From a virus (lineage: Duplodnaviria; Caudoviricetes), in the IMG/VR virus record IMGVR_UViG_3300003860_000008, positions 1 to 47,539 of that record: a stretch of 47,539 nucleotides of DNA; one strand, given 5' to 3'. The notes under the pieces are model-generated. The model was given only the letters and a program-made list of their open reading frames with translations. It made no database searches and was not told the DNA's origin. Both the position numbers and the translations under genes were made by a program. Positions 36,401-45,760 of the stretch are shown in pieces (position 1 is the stretch's first letter; each line of letters begins with the position of its first letter).

Positions 36401-36490
36401 AATAGAATATTCATTATTACTATTCACGTTTCGAATAACCTCACTTTACGTGTATGTAGAACGGATTATACCAATGATGAATATTCTATT
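36401..36490. repeat. 18-bp inverted repeat enclosing a 54-nt spacer
   Basis: AATAGAATATTCATTATT / AATGATGAATATTCTATT (one mismatch). Confidence 0.8.
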
Positions 36491-36509
36491 GATTGAATTA
36501 TTTTTGAGA

Positions 36510-36698
36510 TTAAACTTCAGTGAATCCTTTAGCAAGATTCTTTGGAAGTTTCATTTCTTTTAACATTAACTTTTCAGCTTCAGTTTTCTTGAATACTGAT
36601 TTATCAATGTTAACTTTGTGTTCATTGATTTCAGCATGAATAATTGCCATTTCAACTTTAGCTTTTAAAGGTTTGTTACTTGTGTTTTGAGTTTTCAT
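36510..36698 (-). CDS. Hypothetical protein
   Basis: ORF. Confidence 0.6.
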   Translation of the reverse strand: MKTQNTSNKPLKAKVEMAIIHAEINEHKVNIDKSVFKKTEAEKLMLKEMKLPKNLAKGFTEV

Positions 36699-36704
36699 GT
36701 TATT

Positions 36705-36929
36705 TTATTTGTTATCGTTTATGATTATTATACTCAATGAATCTAAGATATTGTGTCCTATGACTTCATTATTATTATCTACATTTCTTACTGTGACTAT
36801 ACCTTTTGAAATACTTATGGTGTAGTCAATTTTCTCAATTTTTGGTTCTTTAAACACATCAGTTTCAATAATCAAATATGCTCCAAAACTCACCCATAGT
36901 ATAAATACTATTATTAATGCTTTTATCAT
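36705..36929 (-). CDS. Small membrane-anchored protein
   Basis: N-terminal hydrophobic helix. Confidence 0.6.
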   Translation of the reverse strand: MIKALIIVFILWVSFGAYLIIETDVFKEPKIEKIDYTISISKGIVTVRNVDNNNEVIGHNILDSLSIIIINDNK

Positions 36930-37174
36930 TATTGTTGAAGTTTATACTCTACAACTGAATCATAGAGTAGTGAGTTAAATATTGGAAACCAATCTTTAGA
37001 ATATGCCTTAGTCACACCATTGTTTGTTGGATGACGTTGTACAAGTTTAGGATAGATTGTTTTCTTTATACCATTAGAAATAGAATTATTTAATGGTTTG
37101 TCCTCAGGTATTCTAAGGACTTTAACATTCGGAAACTTAATGAATCCGAATGTTCCTATTGTTTTAATATTCAT
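36929..37174 (-). CDS. Hypothetical protein
   Basis: ORF; likely start MNIKTIG at 37174. Confidence 0.55.
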   Translation of the reverse strand: MNIKTIGTFGFIKFPNVKVLRIPEDKPLNNSISNGIKKTIYPKLVQRHPTNNGVTKAYSKDWFPIFNSLLYDSVVEYKLQQ

Positions 37175-37349
37175 CTTTTGTGTATTTATCTGATTTTGGT
37201 AAATATATTGCATTCAAGAAACTGAACAATACACATGCTGATAATACAGCACATAGATTTGTTTGATTTTCTAAATATGCTATGTATGATAAGCCAGTAA
37301 AAAATACTGCGAATATCATAAGTCCTTTGAATAAATTTGAGTATTTCAT
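37164..37349 (-). CDS. Small two-TM membrane protein
   Basis: Two hydrophobic segments. Confidence 0.6.
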   Translation of the reverse strand: MKYSNLFKGLMIFAVFFTGLSYIAYLENQTNLCAVLSACVLFSFLNAIYLPKSDKYTKDEY

Positions 37350-37361
37350 AGTTTGTAAGTT

Positions 37362-37676
37362 TTAGTTATTTATTCCTTTTTTCTTTTTCCAAAGATTTAA
37401 ATGGTGTGTTGTTAATCCATTTTTCCAGGCATATTTTCTATAATCGTCGAGTAAAATATTAACACCTTCCATTGTATATACTTTTGTTTGTTTAAGCGGT
37501 GGAATTATGTAATCTTTCTTTTCAGCAAATCTATGCTTGTAAACATTATCATACCAATCACTATCATTCTCTATTCTATAACGAGTTTCATCTTCACTTA
37601 TAACTTTATACACACGACCTTCGGTGATAATACTGATGATAGTTTCTTTTGATACAATGTATTTTGTTTCATCCAT
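37362..37676 (-). CDS. Hypothetical protein
   Basis: ORF; ITEGRVYKVI...YRIENDS SH3-like pattern. Confidence 0.65.
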   Translation of the reverse strand: MDETKYIVSKETIISIITEGRVYKVISEDETRYRIENDSDWYDNVYKHRFAEKKDYIIPPLKQTKVYTMEGVNILLDDYRKYAWKNGLTTHHLNLWKKKKGINN

Positions 37677-37681
37677 ATTTT

Positions 37682-38029
37682 CTATTTGTTAAATTTTGAT
37701 CCATTGTCTTCTTTGTTATATTTCTTCAAAGCATTGGTTTCATTCAATGCTACAACATAAGAATAACCTTCCTCAACAATAAGCTTTGGAAGGTTTTCTT
37801 TAATTGATTTATTAACATCGTACACCATAGTCTTTTCATATAGTGGTTTACTGACGTATAAGGTCGTTTTACATATTTTGAATACTTGGTGTCCTTTGTG
37901 AGGAATTAAGCTCCCTATGAGCTTTAAATTACGTTGTTCTTCTTGAGATAGTTTTACAGATAGTTCTGTATTCTCTTTATCTCTCTTTTTGAATATGTCC
38001 ATGATAAGTTTATTGTTGATAGCATTCAA
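37682..38029 (-). CDS. Hypothetical protein
   Basis: ORF. Confidence 0.65.
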   Translation of the reverse strand: MNAINNKLIMDIFKKRDKENTELSVKLSQEEQRNLKLIGSLIPHKGHQVFKICKTTLYVSKPLYEKTMVYDVNKSIKENLPKLIVEEGYSYVVALNETNALKKYNKEDNGSKFNK

Positions 38030-38411
38030 TTGAATCTTCTAATATTTCTTCTAAATCACTACCACATTCTGTTTGTAGAATGAAATCACAATGACCAGTA
38101 GTGTACCATTCAAGAACTATTTGTTCTACTTGTAACGGTGTTAAGTCTAAACTTTTAATTATTGACTTTGAGTTTATAACATCATCAGATTGTCGCATGA
38201 AATTAAACCATGTAGCCATTTTACAATTATACCATTTCTTTTGACCTACATCATTTCTAATACTGAAGTAGTAATTTGATTTATCTGTTGATAGTGATAT
38301 AATTGTTTTGAAACCTATTATTTCATAACAAGTATTTGTTTTCAAATTTGGTAAACATGTTGTTAGTATTTTAACAAACTTATATTGTTCTGGATGTGTG
38401 ATTATTGACAT
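38010..38411 (-). CDS. Hypothetical protein
   Basis: ORF. Confidence 0.6.
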   Translation of the reverse strand: MSIITHPEQYKFVKILTTCLPNLKTNTCYEIIGFKTIISLSTDKSNYYFSIRNDVGQKKWYNCKMATWFNFMRQSDDVINSKSIIKSLDLTPLQVEQIVLEWYTTGHCDFILQTECGSDLEEILEDSIECYQQ

Positions 38412-38750
38412 TTTTAGTAAGTTTTAAATTAATGATTAAATAAATAATAAACATATTGTCCCGCCTTTCACAAGGTTTTTCATGGTTGTCATCAAGTGAC
38501 AATAGGTAAAGAAAAGGGTCATTGACCGATTCAGTTCACCAATATGTTTAATAGCTCCTAATGAAGCAATAGTGACAGTACAACCGATCAAGGTCATACT
38601 GTCTGATGATAAAACTATAATGTTACGTTTCAAGCGGAAAATCATAAGGTTATTAATCTTAATCATATTTTCTCCTATGTAATGAAATCCCTGGTAATAA
38701 CTCCAAACACCCATTCCCATACATTATAGTATTATTTATCTACAATTAAT

Positions 38751-38785
38751 AAACAAGAGTACAGCGATGTGTCATACTCTTGTTT
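38751..38785 (-). terminator. Hairpin/terminator after the first early gene
   Basis: AAACAAGAGTA / TACTCTTGTTT 11-bp stem. Confidence 0.65.
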
Positions 38786-38791
38786 GGGTTA

Positions 38792-39301
38792 TTATGCTTG
38801 TGCTACGTTCACAGCTGGTGTGTGACGAACTGTTTCTGTAAATACAAAGTGTTTAGGCTCACCCAACACGATTGTTGCTCTACGGTAAATAAATGCACCT
38901 TCAGCAGTAAGAATGAATGCACCGTCTTTACCAGCTCTTTTAGCTGACTTATCCATGTTTGCAATTTCATACTCTGTACCATCTGTTGATTCAATGATTT
39001 GGATATTCATATCCTTATCTTGGATTTGCCCTACAACAACATCCAATTCCATTGAATCACCTAATTCAACAAGACCACTGAAATCAATGTTGAATAATGC
39101 AGTTGCATCTTGTGGTTCTGCTGATAACCAACAATGAGTTAATTTACCTGATTGTGTAAAACGTTCATCACTTGCATTCAATAATGATAATAAGTTTACT
39201 TGACGTTCTTCACCTGTTACTACAACTTGTGTGAACTCTAACTCGATTTTTGTTCCGTTGATTTTACGAGCTGATACTAATGTTAAATCTTTTCTTTCCA
39301 T
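38792..39301 (-). CDS. Hypothetical protein, first gene of the minus-strand (early) block
   Basis: 169-aa ORF with A-rich leader. Confidence 0.8.
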   Translation of the reverse strand: MERKDLTLVSARKINGTKIELEFTQVVVTGEERQVNLLSLLNASDERFTQSGKLTHCWLSAEPQDATALFNIDFSGLVELGDSMELDVVVGQIQDKDMNIQIIESTDGTEYEIANMDKSAKRAGKDGAFILTAEGAFIYRRATIVLGEPKHFVFTETVRHTPAVNVAQA

Positions 39302-39939
39302 GATACTTGTTTTTTAATTGTTTAAATAATTGATTGTTTACTTCTTGTTTACAGAGTTGTTAAGAATGCTAATACATACTGTTGTATGACTGCGTTGTTG
39401 GTAAACTCTATGACTAGTACGAAGCTTTGTGTAATAGTCAATGTTTTTTACTTACCTAGGTAAATACATTATTTGCTATGATATGTTGATTGAAAGTCTA
39501 ATGTGGTAATTACATGAATACTTGATTGATTGATAAATGATCTGCGTAGCATATACACTCTAGCTTTCACGCTATAATAACATAGAAATCTATACAGCCG
39601 ACTCACCGCTCACCACTGTATAGATTCTAATGATAACAAGTGTTACCGTAGAACGACTACGAGTCATTCCCCAGATAACATTCCTTGTTGTTTGAACATT
39701 GGTTATACCTAGTTCGAGGTAGTATGTGTTCATCACATACAAGGTCCATTGCTTACTGCCAATGACAACATCCTATGTTAATCCAAAACTTCAGACTCAG
39801 AATAATTCTGAAATCGTTAGCATGAATACTTAACATAGGGGGAATAGCTTTACTCCCAAAATTTAGTAGGGGTCGGACTATTAGGTGGTCACTACTTAAG
39901 TTTGATCAGAAATAATATCCCCTATTAAAATATTATACT

Positions 39940-39947
39940 TATATTTG
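39940..39947 (+). promoter_or_regulatory. Bacteroidota sigma-A -7 element
   Basis: TATATTTG 24 nt upstream of the GIY-YIG ATG. Confidence 0.7.
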
Positions 39948-39971
39948 TAAAATAAATTAAAAATAAAAATT

Positions 39972-40898
39972 ATGAAAACAGGAATTTACATGATCTTAAA
40001 TACTAAAAATAATAAAGTATATGTTGGTAGTAGTGTCGATATATCAGAAAGATGGAAAAGACATAAATCAGGATTAAACAATAATAAACATTACAATACT
40101 TATTTACAATCTTCATGGAATAAATATCAATCTGAATCTTTTCAATTTTCAATACTTGAATTATGTTCTGAAGAACTATTAACAGAAAGAGAAAATCATT
40201 GGTGTACAATATTTGATTCTCATAATAAATCTAAAGGTTACAACTTAGCATCTATTATGAGAAATGGTCCTTCATCTGAAGAACATAAAAAACTACTATC
40301 TTCTAAAACTACAAATAAGAAAAGAGTATGGTTAACAGATCGACAAGGAAATATTTTAAATGTATTTGAAAGTAATCAGCAAGCAGCAGATATTTTAAAT
40401 ACTACTGTTTCACATATTCAATTCTTAACAACTGGTAAAGTAAAGAAGTTCGATAATCAATTCTTACTATGGGACACAAATAGATTCTTTCAAAAAGATA
40501 TTCAATTACGAAATCAAAAACGAATTGGGTCACCTAGTCAAAAACAAATATTTCAATTCTCAATAGATGGTCAACTTCTAAATTCATTTCCATCTATCAA
40601 AGAAGCGATTTCTCAATCTCAAATATTAAACTTGAAATATCTTATTGATTCTGGTATAAACAACATAGGGGGATCTCTATGGAGCTATATGAATACTGTT
40701 CCTTCAACCATTGTTTCAAAAAATATAAAATATGTATATCAATACTCTTTAGATAAAATACTATTAAATACTTTCGAATCAATTGTTGAAGCTTCTATCA
40801 AAACTAATTCTAAAACTAAAGGAATACAGAAAGTATTATCTGGAGAACGTAATCATCATAATAGTTTTATCTGGAGTAGAGATATTCTTTCAGTATAG
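39972..40898 (+). CDS. GIY-YIG homing endonuclease with NUMOD1-like repeats
   Basis: GIYMILN...VYVGSS..I..RW..H; GYN; repeated QYSLD..LLNTFESI.EA units. Confidence 0.92.
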   Translation: MKTGIYMILNTKNNKVYVGSSVDISERWKRHKSGLNNNKHYNTYLQSSWNKYQSESFQFSILELCSEELLTERENHWCTIFDSHNKSKGYNLASIMRNGPSSEEHKKLLSSKTTNKKRVWLTDRQGNILNVFESNQQAADILNTTVSHIQFLTTGKVKKFDNQFLLWDTNRFFQKDIQLRNQKRIGSPSQKQIFQFSIDGQLLNSFPSIKEAISQSQILNLKYLIDSGINNIGGSLWSYMNTVPSTIVSKNIKYVYQYSLDKILLNTFESIVEASIKTNSKTKGIQKVLSGERNHHNSFIWSRDILSV

Positions 40899-40940
40899 AA
40901 AATTATAAATTTTAGATACCATGTTAGTAGGCAAAGCCAA

Positions 40941-41208
40941 ATGGTGTAAACTGATCTTTGTTTGTTTAATGTCCCTGACGTAATTCAAAGATTACATCAC
41001 GGTTAACCAAAAAAGGTTTACCTTATATACCATGGACTGGAATAAATGTTCTAGTAACTTTTGATAACTTGCTATGAATCAGTTTTTTAACCCATTTCCT
41101 TATTGTAACATTCAGTGAGCTAATATTGTAATGTTTGTTCCAGTCTGACTACAGTATTTGTGCTAGTCTGAGCGTAAGATTCTTACAATAAGCCGAGTAA
41201 ATACTGTA
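40941..41208 (+). ncRNA. Candidate structured RNA with interlocking helices
   Basis: Five helices of 8-16 bp in crossing order; G-U wobbles fit the plus strand. Confidence 0.55.
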
Positions 41209-41316
41209 AAACAAATGACAATTCCTAATGTTTTCTAATATTTATTTCATAATAATTCTCATAGATATATTTCTATTAGCTCCAGTGAATTAATAGAAAA
41301 TAATTATATTTGAATT

Positions 41317-41520
41317 ATGAAATATCTGATACTCTTTTTAATTCTCACATCTTGTATATCTTCTAATGGCTTACATAATGATTCATTAGAACAAGAACAT
41401 CGAAATATGATCAAGCAAAATACTGTGATGAGAAAGAAAGTAATGAAATCTAGGAGATATAATAAAAGTTTTGTTAAAAAGATACATTTGATAATAAGAA
41501 AAAGAAGTGTTATAAAATAA
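41317..41520 (+). CDS. Putative small lipoprotein
   Basis: MKYLILFLILTS-C lipobox; TATATTTG at 41305-41312. Confidence 0.6.
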   Translation: MKYLILFLILTSCISSNGLHNDSLEQEHRNMIKQNTVMRKKVMKSRRYNKSFVKKIHLIIRKRSVIK

Positions 41521-41522
41521 GA

Positions 41523-41548
41523 AACCCTGTATAATTAAATACAGGGTT
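41523..41548. terminator. Bidirectional terminator
   Basis: AACCCTGTA / TACAGGGTT between convergent genes. Confidence 0.7.
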
Positions 41549-41574
41549 ACAAAAGTAATGATAGTAATTAATAA

Positions 41575-41988
41575 TTAGAAATTTTTAATTCTATCTGCTA
41601 GAATTAATTGATATGCTTTCATGATTAGTAATTGTTGATTCATTCTTTTCTGTTCAGCAAGTGGTAATGTTAAGAAGAAATCTCCATTATTGAATGTTTC
41701 TAATTTTTCACTTCTACCTTTCAATTCAAAGAACTCATTGATTATTCTAGTCTGATGATCTGGATGAGGAGTTTCTGGAATTGAGAAATCTTCTAATGTA
41801 TTTTCTAAATGAGAAGATTTGAATACTTTAGCAGTAACCCAAGACTCATGTTTTAATGACTCATCTATAATTAGGAAACCTTTATCTTTCCCATTTTCAT
41901 CTGATGGTAATTCCCAACCTCTATAATCATTATACTTTTGACGAGTCATTGGTTGACTTACTACTTCTTTTATTGATATACACTTCAT
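41575..41988 (-). CDS. Conserved phage protein
   Basis: PMTR..YN.YRGWELPSDEN..D.G.L N-domain; HQTRII.E..EL...EKL..F...Q...M..Y..IL..RI C-domain. Confidence 0.75.
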   Translation of the reverse strand: MKCISIKEVVSQPMTRQKYNDYRGWELPSDENGKDKGFLIIDESLKHESWVTAKVFKSSHLENTLEDFSIPETPHPDHQTRIINEFFELKGRSEKLETFNNGDFFLTLPLAEQKRMNQQLLIMKAYQLILADRIKNF

Positions 41989-42016
41989 AATTTATTTATT
42001 TATTTATTTATTTATT

Positions 42017-42890
<874 letters not shown>

Positions 42891-42891
<1 letters not shown>

Positions 42892-43352
42892 TAGTTCTTT
42901 TTTAGTAATTCAATTTTCTCATTAAAATATTTAATCATACTTTGTAAATATTCTATTTCTTCTTTTACATCTAATGATTTTTTGTAAATGTAATTAGATG
43001 TTAATTTAGTCCAATTATTAGGAATTAATTCAGTTGGTAAAGTAACTTCTTTAATTTTAATTTCTTCAGTTATTGCTTTATGATCTGATATTATAGTACC
43101 AACACAATTAGTATTTATTTTAGTTATAGTATTGTATTCATCATTAGCTGTACAGTTCCCATTTTTATAATATTTAATTCTACCATCGAAAAATAATCTA
43201 TAGAAACAAGTATGTCTGATTATATTAGTAACATCAACAATACCTGGATTAGGATTAATATACATAGAATCAAACTTGAAGACATCATAAAAATCTATTC
43301 TAGGATCTTTAAAAACTTTCTTATACCAACAACCTTTTTCGAATTTTCCCAT
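42891..43352 (-). CDS. Hypothetical protein
   Basis: ORF. Confidence 0.65.
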
Positions 43353-43491
43353 ATTACTGTGAGTTTATATTTAATTACTATGATTTTACATTAGTCAATA
43401 GAAAAAGAATTATCAGTGAAACTCATTATATAGATATTCTATTGACTGACTACCAATAGAAAGTTACTGTTAATTGCTTAATCGCACGAGG

Positions 43492-43590
43492 CAAAGGTAT
43501 CGGAAATAAATTTAACATGCAAGTAAATTGTAAATTATTTATAATAAAAATATAAATATTATATTTGTTTCGATTATTATTGTATATTTG
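43492..43590. promoter_or_regulatory. Divergent Bacteroidota-type promoters
   Basis: TACCTTTG on minus (43492-43499); TATATTTG on plus (43560-43567 and 43583-43590). Confidence 0.65.
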
Positions 43591-43618
43591 TGAAAAAATA
43601 TTCATACATTTGACTACA

Positions 43619-43921
43619 ATGAAAAAGTTTTATGTTAAAAAAAGAAAAATGATTTCAGTTTATTTAGATACCAAGGACAGTATTTTACTATTATCGAAAG
43701 ATCATAGTTTTCATATTTTATATTATATCATTAATCAATCAGATAGTGAGAGAAATGTATGGTTTGCTGATTTAATAAATAAAGAAATAATTGTCAATAA
43801 ATTACAAATCTCACCATCCTCTTTAGATAAACATTTGAAATCATTATGTGATAGAAAGTTAATATTGAAAGATGGTTCAAGAGGTAGATATAAATTAAAC
43901 ATGGGAATATTCTCATTGTAA
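43619..43921 (+). CDS. RepL-like winged-helix DNA-binding protein
   Basis: IVNKLQISPSSLDKHLKSLCDRKLILK...RGRYKLN; ATG at 43619. Confidence 0.7.
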   Translation: MKKFYVKKRKMISVYLDTKDSILLLSKDHSFHILYYIINQSDSERNVWFADLINKEIIVNKLQISPSSLDKHLKSLCDRKLILKDGSRGRYKLNMGIFSL

Positions 43922-43974
43922 TTCGTAACGTTACTGATATACTTGGGAGAGTTATCAGATTAAAAATAAATAAA

Positions 43975-44358
43975 ATGGCAGAATTAGGAATGCAAACAAA
44001 AGTGAAAGTAGCTAAAGAAATGATGGCTAAAGTATTTATAGATGCTACAAGTTCGTCAGCGAATGATGGTATTGTATTTAAATACAAATCTTATTCTGTA
44101 GATCTTCCAGATGGAAAACAAGGATGGGTTTTTGATTTAATTTACAAAGAACCAGTTTATCCTGAAAGAGTCATTCAACAATTTAAATTTGATCGTCCTG
44201 CTAATATTGATAGTAAGAATATGGAATGGCATGTTTTGATTTCAGTAATGACAGAATTTTTAAGAACTTCTGCTAGTACTTGGGATCATTTAGGAAAATT
44301 AATCAATAGTGATATTCTCCTACAGAACTCAATTAGAAAAATGGAAAATGGTAAATAG
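43975..44358 (+). CDS. Hypothetical protein
   Basis: ORF. Confidence 0.7.
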   Translation: MAELGMQTKVKVAKEMMAKVFIDATSSSANDGIVFKYKSYSVDLPDGKQGWVFDLIYKEPVYPERVIQQFKFDRPANIDSKNMEWHVLISVMTEFLRTSASTWDHLGKLINSDILLQNSIRKMENGK

Positions 44359-44920
44359 AATAATTCCCATATCTTCAAATGACGATAAAATATATCGACA
44401 AATTTTGACGATACTTAATTTTATTATTAAGCTGACACCTCAAGAAATTGATGTGTTATCTGAATTGATAAAGTTAAATCATGAGTATAGTGCTTTACCT
44501 GAACTGAAGCGAGCACGTTTTATTTTAAGTAAAGATATTCGTAAAGATATTCGAGATTTATTGAATATTCCAGAAAAGCAATTTAATGGAATACTTGGTA
44601 AAATGAGAAATAAAACTTTTATGGGTGGTCCTATTCTAACAGAAGATGGTGTTGTTCATCCTGAGTTATTATTTAAACCAGATGAACAAGGTTTTAAAAT
44701 AGAAATAATTTTAGATAAATCAATTGTTGTAAGAACCAATAATGTCCAAACTCACAATATAGAACCTATTGTTGAACAATCTTCGCAAATAATAGAAGAA
44801 ACTATTGTAAATGAAGAAGTAAATGAAGAAATTTATAATGATGTTCCTCCTGGTCCTGTTGAAGGATATGTAGATGAAGATATGTTTGATACTGGTTATG
44901 AATTAATACAACCTGAATAA
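44348..44920 (+). CDS. Hypothetical HTH-like protein with acidic tail
   Basis: KLTPQEIDVLSELI...RKDIRDLLNI; start MVNRII at 44348. Confidence 0.7.
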   Translation: MVNRIIPISSNDDKIYRQILTILNFIIKLTPQEIDVLSELIKLNHEYSALPELKRARFILSKDIRKDIRDLLNIPEKQFNGILGKMRNKTFMGGPILTEDGVVHPELLFKPDEQGFKIEIILDKSIVVRTNNVQTHNIEPIVEQSSQIIEETIVNEEVNEEIYNDVPPGPVEGYVDEDMFDTGYELIQPE

Positions 44921-45240
44921 TGGGATTAAAAAATGTAGTTAATCAAAATTCTGTAATATTATCTCGACAAGATGAGATAATAAGAGAGGTTGCTCAAAGA
45001 CATGGTATTCCAATCATGAAAGCAGTTGAAGCTTGGGAATCGTATGTTAAAACTATAAAGAAAATCATAGTCGATGATAATCATCAAGAAGATGGTTTAT
45101 TTACACCTGATAAATACAAAACAGTTTGTGTATTAGGATTAGGTAGATTTTATCCTAATGTGAAATACATGAATAAGATGAATGAAGTAAGAATAGAAAA
45201 GAGAAAAAATAAAGAAAATGGTAGTAAATCTGGAGAATAG
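44920..45240 (+). CDS. IHF/HU-like DNA-binding protein
   Basis: EIIREVAQRHGI...V.VLGLGRF; location upstream of terminase as in crAss-like phages. Confidence 0.55.
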   Translation: MGLKNVVNQNSVILSRQDEIIREVAQRHGIPIMKAVEAWESYVKTIKKIIVDDNHQEDGLFTPDKYKTVCVLGLGRFYPNVKYMNKMNEVRIEKRKNKENGSKSGE

Positions 45241-45754
45241 TTTTTGGGAAGAAAATAATGGAATCAATATTCATTCTGTATTTAATACTTTTTGGGAAAA
45301 GGATGTTTCTGAAAATAAAAAAGAAAGTTCGAAAATAATGTGGGCAATTTACTTATTAGTAAATCCTGATTCTATACTTTACAATGATCCAGCTAAAGAT
45401 ATTTCTATTGTCAAAAATTTTATAAAAGATCCTGATTTCAAATGGGATGATTATGAAGATTTAGTTTATGCTTATAAAGATATTGTATTAACTACAGCAG
45501 AGAAAGCATTGCAGAATTGGAATGAGTTAATGACAATGAGAGATAAATCTTTAAAAAAGATGTACATTAGTTGTATGGATGCTGGTGAGAATGGTGAAGT
45601 CAATGCTACTGAACTTAAAAATTTAGATAGTATTCTTGCCAATACTCCAAAGATGTTTGCTGATTATTCTAAAATCAAAAAAGAATATGAAGAAGAAAAA
45701 ACTCAAAAGAAAGGTAAATCAATAAAATCATTATCTGACTCAGATGATATTTAA
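45218..45754 (+). CDS. Conserved protein preceding terminase (possible small subunit)
   Basis: Helical protein directly upstream of terL. Confidence 0.55.
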   Translation: MVVNLENSFWEENNGINIHSVFNTFWEKDVSENKKESSKIMWAIYLLVNPDSILYNDPAKDISIVKNFIKDPDFKWDDYEDLVYAYKDIVLTTAEKALQNWNELMTMRDKSLKKMYISCMDAGENGEVNATELKNLDSILANTPKMFADYSKIKKEYEEEKTQKKGKSIKSLSDSDDI

Positions 45755-45760
45755 ATAGAT

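Noticed and set aside
38570-38650. Plus-strand hammerhead ribozyme at CTGATGA (38603)
   Set aside because: The cleavage triplet would be GUG, and stems II and III do not form
38436-38720. 94-aa minus-strand ORF
   Set aside because: Atypical composition and codons, no A-rich leader, and coincides with multiple stems; more likely non-coding
39972-41208. Group I intron housing the GIY-YIG gene
   Set aside because: No interrupted host gene on either side, the ORF has its own promoter, and no recognisable P7 core was found
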